Positions 1 through 15,513 of a DNA stretch of 64,000 bases are shown here, piece by piece. A program made the position numbers and the translations under genes. The DNA comes from Flaccisagitta enflata. Its lineage: Eukaryota. The notes below the pieces were generated by a model that saw only the letters and a program-made list of their open reading frames with translations, was not told where the DNA came from and did not search any database. The first letter of the stretch is position 1. Each line of letters starts with the position of its first letter. Location of the stretch: contig OZ231126.1 in NCBI GenBank assembly GCA_965153355.1, positions 26,784,001-26,848,000 on the forward strand, in the 5' to 3' direction.

Positions 1-1599
1 AGTCAACCTCTGGCCCCCAGTGTATAGATCAAACAGTCAAAAAATGTTTTACATACTTAAGACTACAGCATTTTGGAAAATGACAAATTCTGAAGCTTCT
101 GAATTTTAGTGCTGCTGAATGAGATTAATAAAACATTTTCTCTAACCGTTTAAGAAGATATCAGCCTACAAAGAATGGTAGATACCCTGAATCAATAAAA
201 ACCACAAGGGTGTTGTGGCATTTTATTATGTCAATTTACTGTTTTTAAAAATCATCAGTTCTAATTTTGACAAAAAATCAACATTTTTTTTGTCATTTTA
301 CAACCCAGCTCAGGCAGCAATTTTGCCTTTTTTTTTTGCCTTTACCATGATGTCTCACCCAGACCAAATGAAGATTTTTGGCAAAATTTGGACCATTTTA
401 ATATTCAATTTGAGTTTCATCCACTTTCCTTTTTGGGCCTGACAGGCCAACTGAAGTGGTGAGGTCCGAGGACTCAGAGAAAATCCCGGCTGATGATTTT
501 TTTGTGTCATGCTAACCTCATAACGTGCCCAAACTTTCTGCACAGGCGTTTTTTGCATTTTTGGGAAATCCTGAACACGCCAATGGGCCGGGACAGTTAT
601 GTTTAAATTTTTGGCCGTTATTTTGGGCCATGACAGACCTTTCTACAGGCTCACCAACCGACGGACGGACACACCCTTAAATAGACACACTTAGCTTTGC
701 AAGCGACTTAAACTTCCGCGACTGATAGACATAAACATGTTCATCGAAAGTGCCATGTGGATGTGGCGTGACCCTGTAAAAAAAAAAGCTCCTGTGAGTC
801 ATACATGAGATCACAACCAACCTTCTAGCTCCTCAGCTACCTTTCCGTCAATCAAACCTTCTCCGTCTCTAATTAATCATCTTCGAAGGTTTTGTGACGA
901 TTGAAACAAGCTTTCCTTTCATTCTTCTTTTCTTTTTATTTCCCCATCTAAAAGTTGACACCAGTGTCCAAATTCCTACACTGCGCTTTTTTTTTTTTCT
1001 TCTTCTTTGCCGTTTTTTGTGTGTCCTGGTCTCATCCATCATCGAATTTTGTCAGCTTCTTCAGTTTCTAATTGCCTTGAACTACAGTCAAACAAAAGAA
1101 GAAAAAAGATTCGGGGAAAATGAAAAGGTAAAATTTCTAATTTGCATAAAATGGATTCGGAATTTAACAATTTTTTGGGAGAGATGAGGAGAGAAACCAA
1201 GGAAACCCTTTTTTTGCTTTCGCATGAAAAAAGGAGAGAGAGAGAGAGAGAGAGAGATTCAGACAGAGAAACATATAGGTTAAGATAGATAGAGGGGGAA
1301 GCACGCAAACAGACAGACGCATGGAACAGGATGGTAGAAATCGGAGAAAGAAAGAAACTGACCGTGATAAACAGAATGACAGAGCGACAGGAGGACAGAC
1401 CGAGAGAAATTCAGTGGAAAGCTAGGTATAGGCGCCTTGGATTTTTCTCCAGCAATTTTCTTTTCTCGTTCCGATGATTTATCATCTTTAAAATTTCTTG
1501 ATGAGGATCAGAATTCAGTTGAAGCGTCAGCGGCGGTGGAGGTAGACCGCTGCTTTATAAGGAATCAAACTGATTGGTCAATACGATTCGCCTGACCGC

Positions 1600-2193
1600 C
1601 AGTCGCCCAGAGCTTGACGCCAGTTGACCCGAAATGATCGCCACCAACTTCAATGGTTTCATGATCCTGATGGTGCATAGATTATATTTCTGGAAAAAAT
1701 GAAATCTGTTTTGGGGCGCTTTTTAAGATATCTAAAAAAATAGTATCATTTCACTATATTTTTTACCATAACTCTCTGAGATAAGTTTTTTTGATAATTT
1801 TCACTGCAGATTTGATCTCAGATGATAGTTTCCGGATTGTTTGATATGTCACACTATATACTTTTGCAAAAGAAATAAAAGCTTATTTTTTAGTCACAAT
1901 ACTTTAAAAAACGATGTTAAATAGCAAAATTTAACTTTTTATTTCTTTTAAAAAGGTATATAGTGTCACATATCAAACAAACCGGAAACTATCATCTGAG
2001 ATCAAATCTGCAGTCAGAATTATCAAAAAAATTCATCACAAAGAGTTATGGTAAAAAATATAGTAAAATAGTACTATTTTTTTAGATATTTCATTTTTTC
2101 TAGAAATGTGATCTATGCACCATCAGAGTCATGAAACCACTGAAGTTGGTGGCGATCATTTCAGGTCAACTGGCGTCAAGCTCTGGGTGACTG
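1600..2193. mobile_element. foldback/palindromic MITE (CAGTC...GACTG)
   Basis: The left arm CAGTCGCCCAGAGCTTGACGCCAGTTGACC... is the reverse complement of the right arm ...GGTCAACTGGCGTCAAGCTCTGGGTGACTG, and complementarity extends almost to the centre. Confidence 0.85.
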
Positions 2194-2760
2194 CGAGGAG
2201 TCTTCATATATGACGAGTTTGGCCTTTTGGCGCGCCAAAACAACTCTTAATGAATGCACAACCGGTGGTCGGTCCGTCCGAAGCTAATGCTTTTATAGAA
2301 TAAGTTACCAGGCTCACCTATTGGCCTTTGGAGTCTTGTCGGTCCTGTCTTCTCTTTTTAGCCGCGTGCTACGCGACTCTACACCTCGCTTTGTCCATCC
2401 GTCCGTCCGTCCGTCGGTTGGTTGGTTCGTCACACTTTTACTTTTTTTATGTTTTTCCTTCTTTGACTTCACTGCTCCTTCCCGAATAGTCTGGGGACCT
2501 CGAAGACATTCCACCCGCATTTCATTCCACCAGTCCACCCGCACGCAACTTGGGAAGCCGTGTATCCAGCCTTGTTGAATCAAGCAGGGGTGAAAATTGA
2601 GTTTTCATTACTCCCCCCTTACGGTGGTCGGTGCGTCGCGCGTTTCAGAACCCAAAGTATTAATTTCCTTAAATTTCCTCATTTCTGAACCCTTTCATTT
2701 CCCTGGGGGAACTCAACTACATTCATCCCTGGAATCAAGTCAATCATTCAATTTCACTCT

Positions 2761-3303
2761 GCGGTTTGAGCCTTTTGGGGTGGTTGCTGGGTGGTTAGAG
2801 GCTGGGTATGGGAATTTTCTTTAGCTGGGTCTGATCTGGGTCACAGTGAAGGCGGTTTGAGCCTTTTGGGGTGGTTGCTGGGTGGTTAGAGGCTGGGTAT
2901 GGGAATTTTCTTTAGCTGGGTCTGATCTGGGTCACAGTGAAGGCGGTTTGAGCCTTTTGGGGTGGTTGCTGGGTGGTTAGAGGCTGGGTATGGGAATTTT
3001 CTTTAGCTGGGTCTGATCTGGGTCACAGTGAAGGTGGTTTGAGCCTTTTGGGGTGGTTGCTGGGTGGTTAGAGGCTGGGTATGGGAATTTTCTTTAGCTG
3101 GGTCTGATCTGGGTCACAGTGAAGGCGGTTTGAGCCTTTTGGGGTGGTTGCTGGGTGGTTAGAGGCTGGGTATGGGAATTTTCTTTAGCTGGGTCTGATC
3201 TGGGTCACAGTGAAGGCGGTTTGAGCCTTTTGGGGTGGTTGCTGGGTGGTTAGAGGCTGGGTATGGAAATTTTCTTTAGCTGGGTCTGATCTGGGTCACA
3301 GTG
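2761..3303. repeat. 91-bp G-rich minisatellite, ~6 copies
   Basis: GCGGTTTGAGCCTTTTGGGGTGG... recurs at 2761, 2852, 2943 and onward. Confidence 0.95.
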
Positions 3304-3732
3304 CTCTGTTGATCGGTTGGTCAGTTTGGTTGGTCGGTAGCCCGAATATCAAATCAAGTTGTTTTTTTTTTTCAATCAGTAATAAAACCCAATATGTAAA
3401 TTATGAGACTCATCGTTTTTGCCATTTCAACTGACAATCCACCTCCAAATACAAAAATTAGGGAGGATATTTATTGCTTCTTGATTTAATGATAATTTCT
3501 TTCCCACCTTTCTGCTTTGACTTTGAATTATTTTATGCCGAATGAGAACTGAATAACGGATTTTATGAGTTTTTATGACATTTATGGTTAATCAAGTTAA
3601 ATACATCAATTCATTAAGTTCTTTATTACTCCTTTTGCTGGTATTTTAATGTCAATCTATTTGGTTGTTCAGTCCTCGGCAAATTTTAGAGCACGGCCCC
3701 TGACCAAATTGCTTGCCCAAATTGCTTGCTTG

Positions 3733-5127
<1,395 letters not shown>

Positions 5128-5233
5128 CTCTCAATACCGTATGATAGAGTGACATCATTTTAAAGCCATCTTATTTTACCTTGCCCTCATTTTGTCCTCT
5201 GTCTTTCTCTCCTTCCCTTTTCTCCAACATCAG

Positions 5234-7403
5234 ATGAATTCGTTGTCGTCGACGGACTTTTCCGGCTTTGCTGGAGGTGTTGTCGGGGGTGTCATTGGCG
5301 CCGTCGTCGCTCCCGGACAGTATTTTCCGCCCAATTCCTTGGACGCCTTCCAAGTCGACCAAAACTCGTATCCTTCGCATCCTCATCACCATCCACCTCA
5401 CCATCCACATCATCATCATCATCATCCTTACTACCACCCGTCTCACCATCCTTACCACCCTCACCACCCACCTCCGCATCACCATCCTCCCGGTTATTCC
5501 CATCATCCCAGTTACGCCGCCGAAGCGGTCACCACCTCGCCGCTCTCTACTTACTATCAACACCAGCAACAGCAACAACAGCATCTGAATAATCAACTAT
5601 CGCAGCAACAACAGCCGCAACATGATACCATGTCTGGACTTTCCACCCCGACCAACTCTTCACCCCTCCATCAAAACCAACACGCGCATCATTCTCAACA
5701 GCAACAACTACAACAACAACAGCATCCTCACCCACAACAACAACAGCAACAGTCTCTCCAAGCCTCAGCCTCATCATCCTCCGAGTCATTGCCTACAAAT
5801 CCCTCCTCGTCGTCTCCTTTTGGCGGCACTCTTTCTCCCTCTCCTTCGCCTTCTTCTTACACCGGCGCCGTTACCTCGTCGTCATCGTCTTTTATTCCCG
5901 GTACCATGACCAACTCTTCTTCTTCGTCTGTTTTCGGCGCTTCCCAAAGCGCATCTTTTTCCGCCTCTTCCGTGAAACCGATGAGAGGTCATTTTTACGA
6001 TAAAGATGACATGAGCAGTGACAATAACGCGACCGATCATGTCAACGATCCATCATCTTCCTCTTCCTTTCAACATCGCGTTTCGTTAGCGGCGGCGGCG
6101 GCGGCGGCTCACGCAGCGGCCGTCGCATCGGCGTCATCCTTGCCGGCGTCGTCCTCATCTTCCTCGAACGCGCTAACCGGCGCCGTCTCCCCGTCAACTT
6201 CGTCGGCGGCGCCACCCTCGTTATCTCCGTCATCTTCTTCCGCCGTCGCGGCGGCGGCGGCGTTGGGCATTACTTATTCCGGCAGCATTCGTATGACGCC
6301 GGCATTCCGCGGCGGCGTCGGTGGCGTGGAAAGTGCCGGAAGTGGGGGCGTCAACGCTACGCCTCATCAGCATCATCTCGGCGCCGTTTTCCCTCCGACT
6401 GGATTTTACGGTAGTCTTCAACCAACGCCGGAGAATTCATCGTCGGCGTCGACTTCGGCATCGGCGGCTCCTGCGTCTTCCTCCTCTCCGCCATTAAACG
6501 GCTTCAACCCTCTCAACAACTCATCCTCCTCTTCATCTTCCTCTTCCTCGTCTTCTACCTCTTTACCATTGCAGCAAAGTAATTCTACCGGCAATTCCCC
6601 CAACCATCCTTCATCTTCTTCCACGTCATCTTCGACTTCCTCAAATCCGCATTTCGAAACTTCGAGTTATCATCAAAGCTGTGATAATGACATGGAGGCA
6701 GTAGACGTAAGAAGAGGAGGAGGAGGAGGAGGAGGAGGAGGAGGTGAAAGAGGAGGTGCGGTAAGTCCGTCGTTGAAACCCCCCACGTCGTCTTCGCCTT
6801 CGTCGACGCATCTGCATCCGAATCTGCCGCCCACGCCTCCTCATCATCATCCTCAACAGCACCATCAACAGCAACATCAACCTCATCTTGAGCAGGATAA
6901 CAGTAACAGCAACATTCTCAGTCATCTAACTGTCCATCATCCCGCGTCTGCAGCGTCGGCCACAACGGTAGCCGCTGCTGCAACTGCCGCAGCCAATGGA
7001 TTATCCAACGCTTCCTTATTTACCACCGATAGATGTCAACCGCAACAACATCAACAACAACAACAACAGCAGCATCAAAACCAACAGTTACATCATTTAC
7101 AACAACAGCATCAACAACAGCAGCTTCAACAGCACTCGAACGCGCTTCCGGAAACGCCATCTTTGCATCCTCATCACGCTCACTCTGCGCATCTGTTCGT
7201 CCATCAAAACGCTCATCCTGCTCATCCTCTTTTGCATCATGCTCATCCTCATCTCGCTCATCCTCATCACAATCATCATCCTCATCTTCGTCATTCTTCA
7301 CAGATGCAAACGGATTACGGCGCTTCGACGACAGATGCGGAGAAACCGCGGCAGGTGCCGAATTATAAGTGGATGCAACTCAAAAGATCCGCACCCAAAT
7401 CAG
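5234..7403 (+). CDS. lab: labial/Hox1 exon 1 (N-terminal low-complexity region plus hexapeptide)
   Basis: The first in-frame ATG is at 5234 (MNSLSS...; the ORF track starts at an upstream TTG). The frame is open for 723 codons with poly-H/Q/S/A/G tracts and ends in YKWMQLKRSAPKS, the labial/Hox1-type hexapeptide. A CAG|GTAAAA phase-1 donor follows at 7403/7404. Confidence 0.9.
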
Positions 7404-8224
7404 GTAAAACAGGTTCTGTAGTTTCTGACTTATTGTTATGTCAGGGGTGATTAATCATAATAACATTTTAGATCCAATCATACCGTTGACAAGTCAACAA
7501 TTTTAAGTCTGGTTTCAATTACACGTTAGATTAGAGGAATGATTGCATTGCAACTGATTATTACACAAATTAGATTATTGTTTATTCCTCTCAATGTTCT
7601 CACACATGTGTATATATCTAAAAGAAAAGCACTGACTGCAATTTCCCATAAAAAAAACTTTTTTTGCCTAAATTTGACTAATTTTCGTCTTGAAATTGAA
7701 GCAAACTTTATGACACTGAGAAATAAAACTTTATCAAATCATCTACCACAGAAAAAAGACCAAAACAAGGCAATAGCCGGGGACGGTTGGGCAGGGGTAG
7801 TACTACAGTACTACAAACTACGGAACAACAGTATTTCACACATACATACCTCACAATGACCTGAACACTATAGAAAAGACGAAAACAACGGTTACGTATT
7901 CAAAAATGCGATGGACGGACGGACCGACGGTTGGGTAATCATAATTCAAGGCGACAAAGTAGATACATAGTTGGTCTCTATTCATGTACAAAATAGTCCA
8001 CTGCACTGGCCAGAGTCCACGATGACACGATTTATGTGCACCATAGTCAACGCATCACACATTTCACTCAGTCACTCTCGGTCGAGTCCATCCTTCATGT
8101 GGATTTTGTTTATTGAGTGTTAAGTTGTTAACTGCCCAACCTCCTGTTCAAACGCAAATTCAAAGCAATAAATCTTCCTAAACATCTCGGATCGTGTTCG
8201 CTTTTGGTTCTTTGGTTCTTTCTC

Positions 8225-8304
<80 letters not shown>

Positions 8305-8348
8305 TATTTTCCTCTTTCTTTTTTTCTTTCTCTCTTTCTTTCTTTCTG

Positions 8349-8432
<84 letters not shown>

Positions 8433-8532
8433 TCATTCTTGCTTTCTTTCTTTCTTTCTTACTTTCTTTCCCTCTTTCGTTCCTTCGTCACTTCTCTATT
8501 TCTTTTCCTTCTCCAGCAACTTCTCTCTCTCC

Positions 8533-9099
8533 TTTTTGGGCAGCGGCCCCAAAGGGCCGATGTCCTGTAGAACACAGGGGGGAATTTCGAGACGTCCGTC
8601 CGTCCGTCCGTCCTTCCGTCCGTCCCCCCCCCCATTGAGCATCAAATTAGCTCTCCCGGGCTTCAAATTAGCCCTCCCGGCTTCAAATTAGCCCTCTCAG
8701 GCCTCAATTTAGCTTTTAAGGCCTCAAATCAGCCCTCTTGGCTTGAAATTAGTCTCCCCCATGCCTCATATCCACCCTCCAGACCTCAAATCTGCCCTCC
8801 AGACCTTCAATCAGCCCTCCAGGCATCAAATCAGCCCTCCAAACCTCAAATCTGTGCTCCAAGCCGTGATTCTGCCCTCCAGCCCTCAAATATGCCCCCA
8901 GTAGCCTAAATCAGCCATCTAAAAGCTGAAATATACCCCCTCAGGACGGATGGACGGACGTCTCGAAAATCCCCCCTGTATTCTACAGGACATCGGCCCT
9001 TTGGGGCCGCTGCCCTGCTCTCCTTCCACCTCTTCACTGGACCACTACCAGCAGGGCATCGGGTACCGCTGACCATGTGCGATCCTTGGATGACTAGTT
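8533..9099 (+). mobile_element. Helentron/HINE (DINE-1/Pearl-like) non-autonomous element, family A
   Basis: T-run start, ~45-bp asymmetric inverted repeat (GGGCAGCGGCCCCAAAGGGCCGATGTCCTGTAG), (GTCC)n, an internal ~21-bp tandem repeat and a conserved 3' tail ...GATCCTTGGATGACTAGTT. The same architecture is at 27541-28054. Confidence 0.7.
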
Positions 9100-9230
9100 A
9101 GATGCGTCAGCGCATCTCTATAAGAGGGTCTGTCCGTCCGTCGCGTCGGTCGGTCGGTCGGTCGGTATGTCCGTTACGCTTCCTCTAATATCGCGCTGAT
9201 GACGCATTGAGTTGCCCGCCCGGGCTTGTT
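9099..9230 (+). mobile_element. short HINE-like element, family B
   Basis: Hairpin GATGCGTCAGCGCATC, TCTATAAGAGGGTCTGTCCGTCC core and ...GAGTTGCCCG...GGGCTTGTT end. A minus-strand copy is at ~48628-48742. Relatives are at ~2355-2575, 11750-12436, 24335-24500, 27360-27510, 34940-35205 and 45345-45577. Confidence 0.6.
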
Positions 9231-9332
9231 TCCTTTTTCTTTCACTCTTTCATTGTTTCTGTCATCATTTCCTTTTCTCGTTCATTCCCCTTCAGTCTGT
9301 CCGTTAGTCCGATGGTTCTGTCCGTACGTCCG

Positions 9333-9367
<35 letters not shown>

Positions 9368-9522
9368 TCCCCCCCTTCTCCCTCCCTGGCTGACTTGAGT
9401 CGTCAAAACCTCACAACGTTTATCAAGTTGGTCAATCATTAATCTTCATATTATCGAGATTTCTTCTCTTTTAAAAATGAAATGAAGAAGTCGCTTCCTC
9501 TCAATATTTCAGCGCTTAAACT

Positions 9523-9634
<112 letters not shown>

Positions 9635-10264
9635 TACAATATCATCAAAATTCAAATTAATGATAGAGCCGGCGGAGGTCGAGGTATACAACGAGAGCAG
9701 AGAACGGGGCAGAGATCAGGAGAAGAGAGAGAGAGGAGTGACAGACAAAAGGATGGACAGACAGACAAATGGACAGGCAGACAGACAGACAGAAAGATGG
9801 ACAGACAGGCAAACATATCGGCCAAAACATAGACCAACAGACGCACCAACAAAAAGACCTAATGAAGACGATGACATCTGGTCACAAGTTTGTACACACA
9901 TGAACATAAACAGACAATGGTTAAAAAACAAAAACAAATATAAACTACAAAATAGAGATTAGAAGAGAGAGCTAGCGATGAAGATGATGTTGGAGATGAT
10001 GATGATGATGAGTAGGGAGATGATGATGATTAGAAATGAAGAGTGAGGATTTTTCGTTCTGACGAAGAATGATAAATGATGTATGAGAGAAGACATTTTG
10101 TTTACTGAAGAGGGGAGGGGAACTTCCAATTCGAAAATTTGAGATTTTACAGGTCAGGCAGGAATGACCAGTTGGGTTGCGAAAGAGGGAGAGAGAGAGA
10201 GAGCCTGCGAAACAGATGTGAGTGTGTGTGTGTTTCTGCTTTCACCTCTGTCTCTCTCTCTCTG

Positions 10265-10390
<126 letters not shown>

Positions 10391-10657
10391 TCATTCAATT
10401 CAATCAAATACGAATGGTGGAGAGGGTAAAAAAAGGTTTCAATAGGGGTATGTAAAAAGAGGAAAACAAGCGCAAGCGTGAGAGAGAGAGAGAGAAAGAG
10501 GGAGGAAGGGGGAAGAGGGCGAGAGGTATTGACAAACTCTTAGAGAAATGTAATGAAGACAGAAAAACCGGTGGACGAACAGGCGATCAGGAAGAGAATA
10601 CTAGTATTGTTTTTTTGTTTGTTTTTTTTAATGAACGCTTAAAAGTTAATGGATAAA

Positions 10658-11183
10658 CAGTCAGCGGACAAAACACAATAGGTATATATATCACTCAGTT
10701 GGTTTTGATCCAACCCACTGATATTGAACAGAATACTAAAAACAACAACTGGTTGTTGAAATTACAGCCGGCTGTTAAATTACAAAGTTCGCAGAAATCC
10801 AACTTTCACCAAATAGAATAAGACCTGCAGATTCATAATCCTGATGACATTCTGAGAAGTTTGATATGTCACAATGTATGCTTTTATATGAAATTATCTT
10901 TTTTATAAATGTCTAATTTAATTATAATACAATGTTTAAAAAAATATATCTTAAGAAAAGTATTAAGTGTGACATGTCAAACTTCTCAGAATTTCATCAG
11001 GATTATGAATCTGCAGGTCTTATTCTTTTTGGTGAAAGTTGGATTTTTGCCAATTTTGTAACTGAACAGCCGGCTGTAATTTTAACAACCAGTTATTATT
11101 TACAGCATTCTATTCAACATCAGTGGGTTGGATCAAAACCAACAGAGTGATATATATACCTATTGTGTTTTGTCCGCTGACTG
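10658..11183. mobile_element. foldback MITE (CAGTC...GACTG) with TAAA flanking duplication
   Basis: Near-perfect palindrome with TAAA on both sides (10654-10657, 11184-11187). The inner arms resemble those of 1600-2193. Confidence 0.88.
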
Positions 11184-11330
11184 TAAACAATGTTAAACAG
11201 TTTGCCCGGCCGGTTCAATATAGGTTAGGGTATTCTGCTGATGTTGCTAGTAGTAATCATGGAAAACGATGACTCCATGAAATAAGCTCCCCTATGCTGC
11301 CATTGGCACTGCTGAGTCAACCATAGATTT

Positions 11331-11440
<110 letters not shown>

Positions 11441-12049
11441 CTTACAACCAACTCTTCCCAGGTGGAGCGCATAAAAAGCCGTAAGATGCCACATATTCCT
11501 TGCATGTGAATTAACCTCATATAGATGAAATGACGACTAAAAAATTAAATCAATCCAAAACGAGTAGGAAAATGAAAACCTGAGTAAGAAATCAATGAAA
11601 ACATATAAACAGTGTCATGTCATTGTGGCAGTCTTACTCATCTAAATCCAGATCTCCGCCCTCTGTTTCTTATCATATAAACCATCCACCCATACACTTT
11701 GAGATCTACTTACCTCAGGCTTAGTTTCTCTTCTTAGGGGTGCGACCATTTTTAGGTGCGCCATAGCACCTCTATGAGAGGCTCTGTCTGTCGGTTGGTC
11801 GGTCGGTAACGCTCGAGTTGAAAATCTCGAAAAGAAGCAAAAATCACTGGAAATGATTCAGAAATATGCTAGGATGATTTTTAAATGCGCCATAGCATCT
11901 CTATAAGAAGCTCTGTCCGTCCGTCCGTCCATCCGTCGGTCACGCTCGAATGAAAAATCGCTAAAAATGTTTGAAATCAATAGAAAACTCATTTCGTTCA
12001 TCATAAATGATACTCGTCATTTCATTCACTAATATAATCAGCTACGGTT

Positions 12050-12400
12050 TGGTCTTATAGAGCTGGGGATAGGTCGTATAGGTCTAGTGATAGGTCAGAT
12101 AGGTCTTAGGATAGGTCTGATAGAGCTGGAGATAGGTCTGATAGAGCTCGGGAAAGGTCTGATAGAGCTAGGGAGAGGCCTGATAGAGCTCGGGATAGGT
12201 CTTATAGAGCTAGGAATGGTCTGATAGAGCTAGGGATAGGTCTGATGGAGCTAGGGATAGCTATGGATTAATAACGCCCGGCGGGATAGGTCTGGTAGAG
12301 CTAGGAATGGTCTGATAGAGCTAGGGATAGGTCTGATGGAGCTAGGGATAGCTATGAATTAATAACGCTATGAATTAATAACGCTATGAATTAATAACGC
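12050..12400. repeat. ~21-bp minisatellite (GATAGGTCTGATAGAGCTAGG) inside a HINE-like element
   Basis: Directly visible tandem units. Confidence 0.85.
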
Positions 12401-13843
12401 TCGGCGCACCGTCTTGGCCCGTGTATCCGGCCTTGTTACTGCTGACCCTCACAATTTCCTTCCATCTTATATTCTTTTTTTCTTTCATCCATTCATTCAT
12501 TCATCCATATTTCATGAATTTGTCGAACGGACAGACCGGTAAACGTCTTATAGATATAAGTAGATTAGCCGTAAAAAAAAATGGCGATGGGGACAGACGA
12601 AGGCGGGGGTTTTTCTGTCGAAGTGGATGTCAGAGCACATTTCCCTTCGTCATTCTGTCCGTCATTTTGTCCGTCATTCAGTCCGTCATCCCCACTGTCA
12701 AAATCGTTGAACGTCTTTCGTAAACATTATTCGAAGAGCTGACATGAGCTGCCAACTTTTGGGTCAGAATCATCGTCTTCCTGCCTCCTCCTCTTCTCCT
12801 TCTTCTTCTTCTTTTTCTTCCTCTTCTTCTTCTTCTTCTTCTTCTTTTTCTTCTTCTTCTTCTTCTTTTTCTTCTTCTTCTTCTTCTTCTTCTTCTTCTT
12901 CTTCTTCTTCTTCTTCTTTTTTTTCTCTTCTTCTTCTTCTTCTTCTTCTTCTTCTTCTTCTTCTTCTTCTTCTTCTTTTTCTTCTTCTTCTTCTTTTTCT
13001 TTTTCTTCTGCCTCTTCTTCTTCTGTGTCTTCTTTTTCTTCTTCTTCCTCTTCTTTCTCTTTTACTTCTTCTTCTTTTTCTTTTTCTTTTTTTTCTTTTT
13101 CTTCTGCCTCTTCTACTTCTATTTCTTCTTCTTCTTCTTCTTCCTCGTCTTCTTTTTTTTTTTTTCTTTTTCTTTCTTTTTCTTCTTCTACCTCTTCTTC
13201 TTCTTCTTTTTTTTTTCTTCTTCTTCTTTTTTCTTCTACTTTTCCCTTATCTTGTTTCCCTCTTCTTCAGCTTCTTCCTCCTGTTTTTTCCTCTTCTTCT
13301 CCTCCTTTATCTTCTCTGTTTCATCCCTGCTTTTCTCCCCTTATCATTCTTCTTCTCCTTCTCCCTCTTCTTCTTCTTCTTCTTCTTCTTCTTCTTCTTC
13401 TTCTTCTTCTTCTTCTTCTTCTTCTTCTTCTTCTTCTTCTTCCTCTTTAAATCTTCTTTTTCTTCCTCTTCTTCTTTCTATTCTTCTTCTCCCTCCTTCT
13501 CCATCTCTTCCTTCTCTCTTCTCTTCCTTCCTTCTCGATGTGACATTGTCAATTTGATTTGGGGTAAACCGGGTGTGTGGAGAAAGTTAGGGGTAAAAGA
13601 TTTGGCCTTAGGGGACTACAGCGACGGAAAAAGAAAGACTAATTGTTGGGGTTGTCTTATGAAATTACCCTCGTCATTGACTTTATAATCTCCTCCTGAG
13701 ATCTCGTTAACGTAAATGTATTCTTCCGCGCGGTGGGTCCGGTCAGTCCATCAATTTGGACCTCGATTGGATAATTGCCCAGTTGTCATCATGTCAACAC
13801 GGTAGATACAAACCGGCAATTAAGGAGGGGATTTATAAGGAGA

Positions 13844-13979
<136 letters not shown>

Positions 13980-15127
13980 GTGTTTGTGCAACTCTTGCCT
14001 CATGTAACAAAGCATCGTTATTTGACATACTTTACCCGAATTTATTGAACCTTGATTTCATTTGTTCATTATTCAATCGTGATTTGATTTCTCTATCGCA
14101 AAAAGCTCTCTTTCCTGTATTGAGAAATCGATCAAATTGAGAAAAATCACTTCAAAATGAAAATGTCAATTATTTCAAAAAGAGTTAGGAATTTGATTTT
14201 TATAAATTTTGACGAAAGCCAAAAAAAAAGAAAGAAAATAGCTTGACAGAAAACGGGTTTGTTTCAAGAGGCTTATCCCTAACTTGGGCCCACTCGACGT
14301 CATTCACAAATCAAAAGGTTGTCAAATCGTTTCAAACATCGTCGGATTTTGTGGTCCAGTAAATTGTCCCTAAAATTCATTTCAGACAAAGTTTCTCATT
14401 CATCGCCAATACTATCAAATTTTTCGTAAAACCTATCACCGAAGCCTAAAATTTCTTTAACTATTTTTTTTTTGTCCAAATCAGTAGCAGTTTTTTTTTA
14501 GCAGTAGTCAACACTTTGTCCAAATCTTTACTTTTTTTTTGACAATTGTTATCGAGATTCTAGATTGCAGATTACTTATATTTTGAACAATGGGGCGTAA
14601 CTTCTTTTTGGTTTTGAAGAATCTGAAGAATCTTGAGTGTCACGATTACAAACTAATCTATTGTTAAAGATTACCAGTTTAAATCGAAACATGAGCTTTG
14701 CCGTATTTGCAGATTGTAGAAGTTTTTTTTTCATTTTAGTTAAAACAATCAATAGTTAAATGATATCCGTTTCAACAAGAAAATAGTCAAATGCTCACAA
14801 GCGACGTAGGTATAGAAAGTGAATGCGCAGGCCCAGGTCCACTCTGCGTAGGCAGGGGCAGTGATTAGGAACATTTGAGAGGAAATAGTGATGCAAAAAA
14901 CGCCCACAAACGCCAATTAAAAGCCGAGTGAACCGGGCCGGACAGAAGGAAGGACGTAAGGATCGACCGACCGACCGAAATTTGACTTACAAATATTCGA
15001 AGGAACAGAAGGTTAACTAGCTAAGTTGCTCCCTTGGGCGAAAGTCTCTGCAAATTGTCAAAAATGAAGCTGTTCAATCTGAATGACATAAACACAAACA
15101 CTAACAAGCACCGATCCACTTGAAGAG

Positions 15128-15247
<120 letters not shown>

Positions 15248-15513
15248 GAGAGAGACAGAAAAGACAGATAGACAGAAAAGAAAGACAGACAGAAAGACAG
15301 ATAGACAGACAGTGAAACAGGAGAGAAAGCAAGAAAAAATGAGAACCGTTGAAGTAATTCAAAAGAGAATGAAATTTAAAAAAAAACAATTTAAACGAAA
15401 ACGGTTCGAAGCTGTAGCAGCGTTGGTCTCGTCGATACTGTACCGCCCAAGTTTCATGATGCAATTCATTTTCCATGATGAAATACCATGCAGCTGTGAA
15501 AGAGCGAGTTTTT

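Noticed and set aside
5171-7421. Antisense and alternative-frame ORFs overlapping labial exon 1
   Set aside because: They are shadows of the trinucleotide-repeat-rich coding strand.
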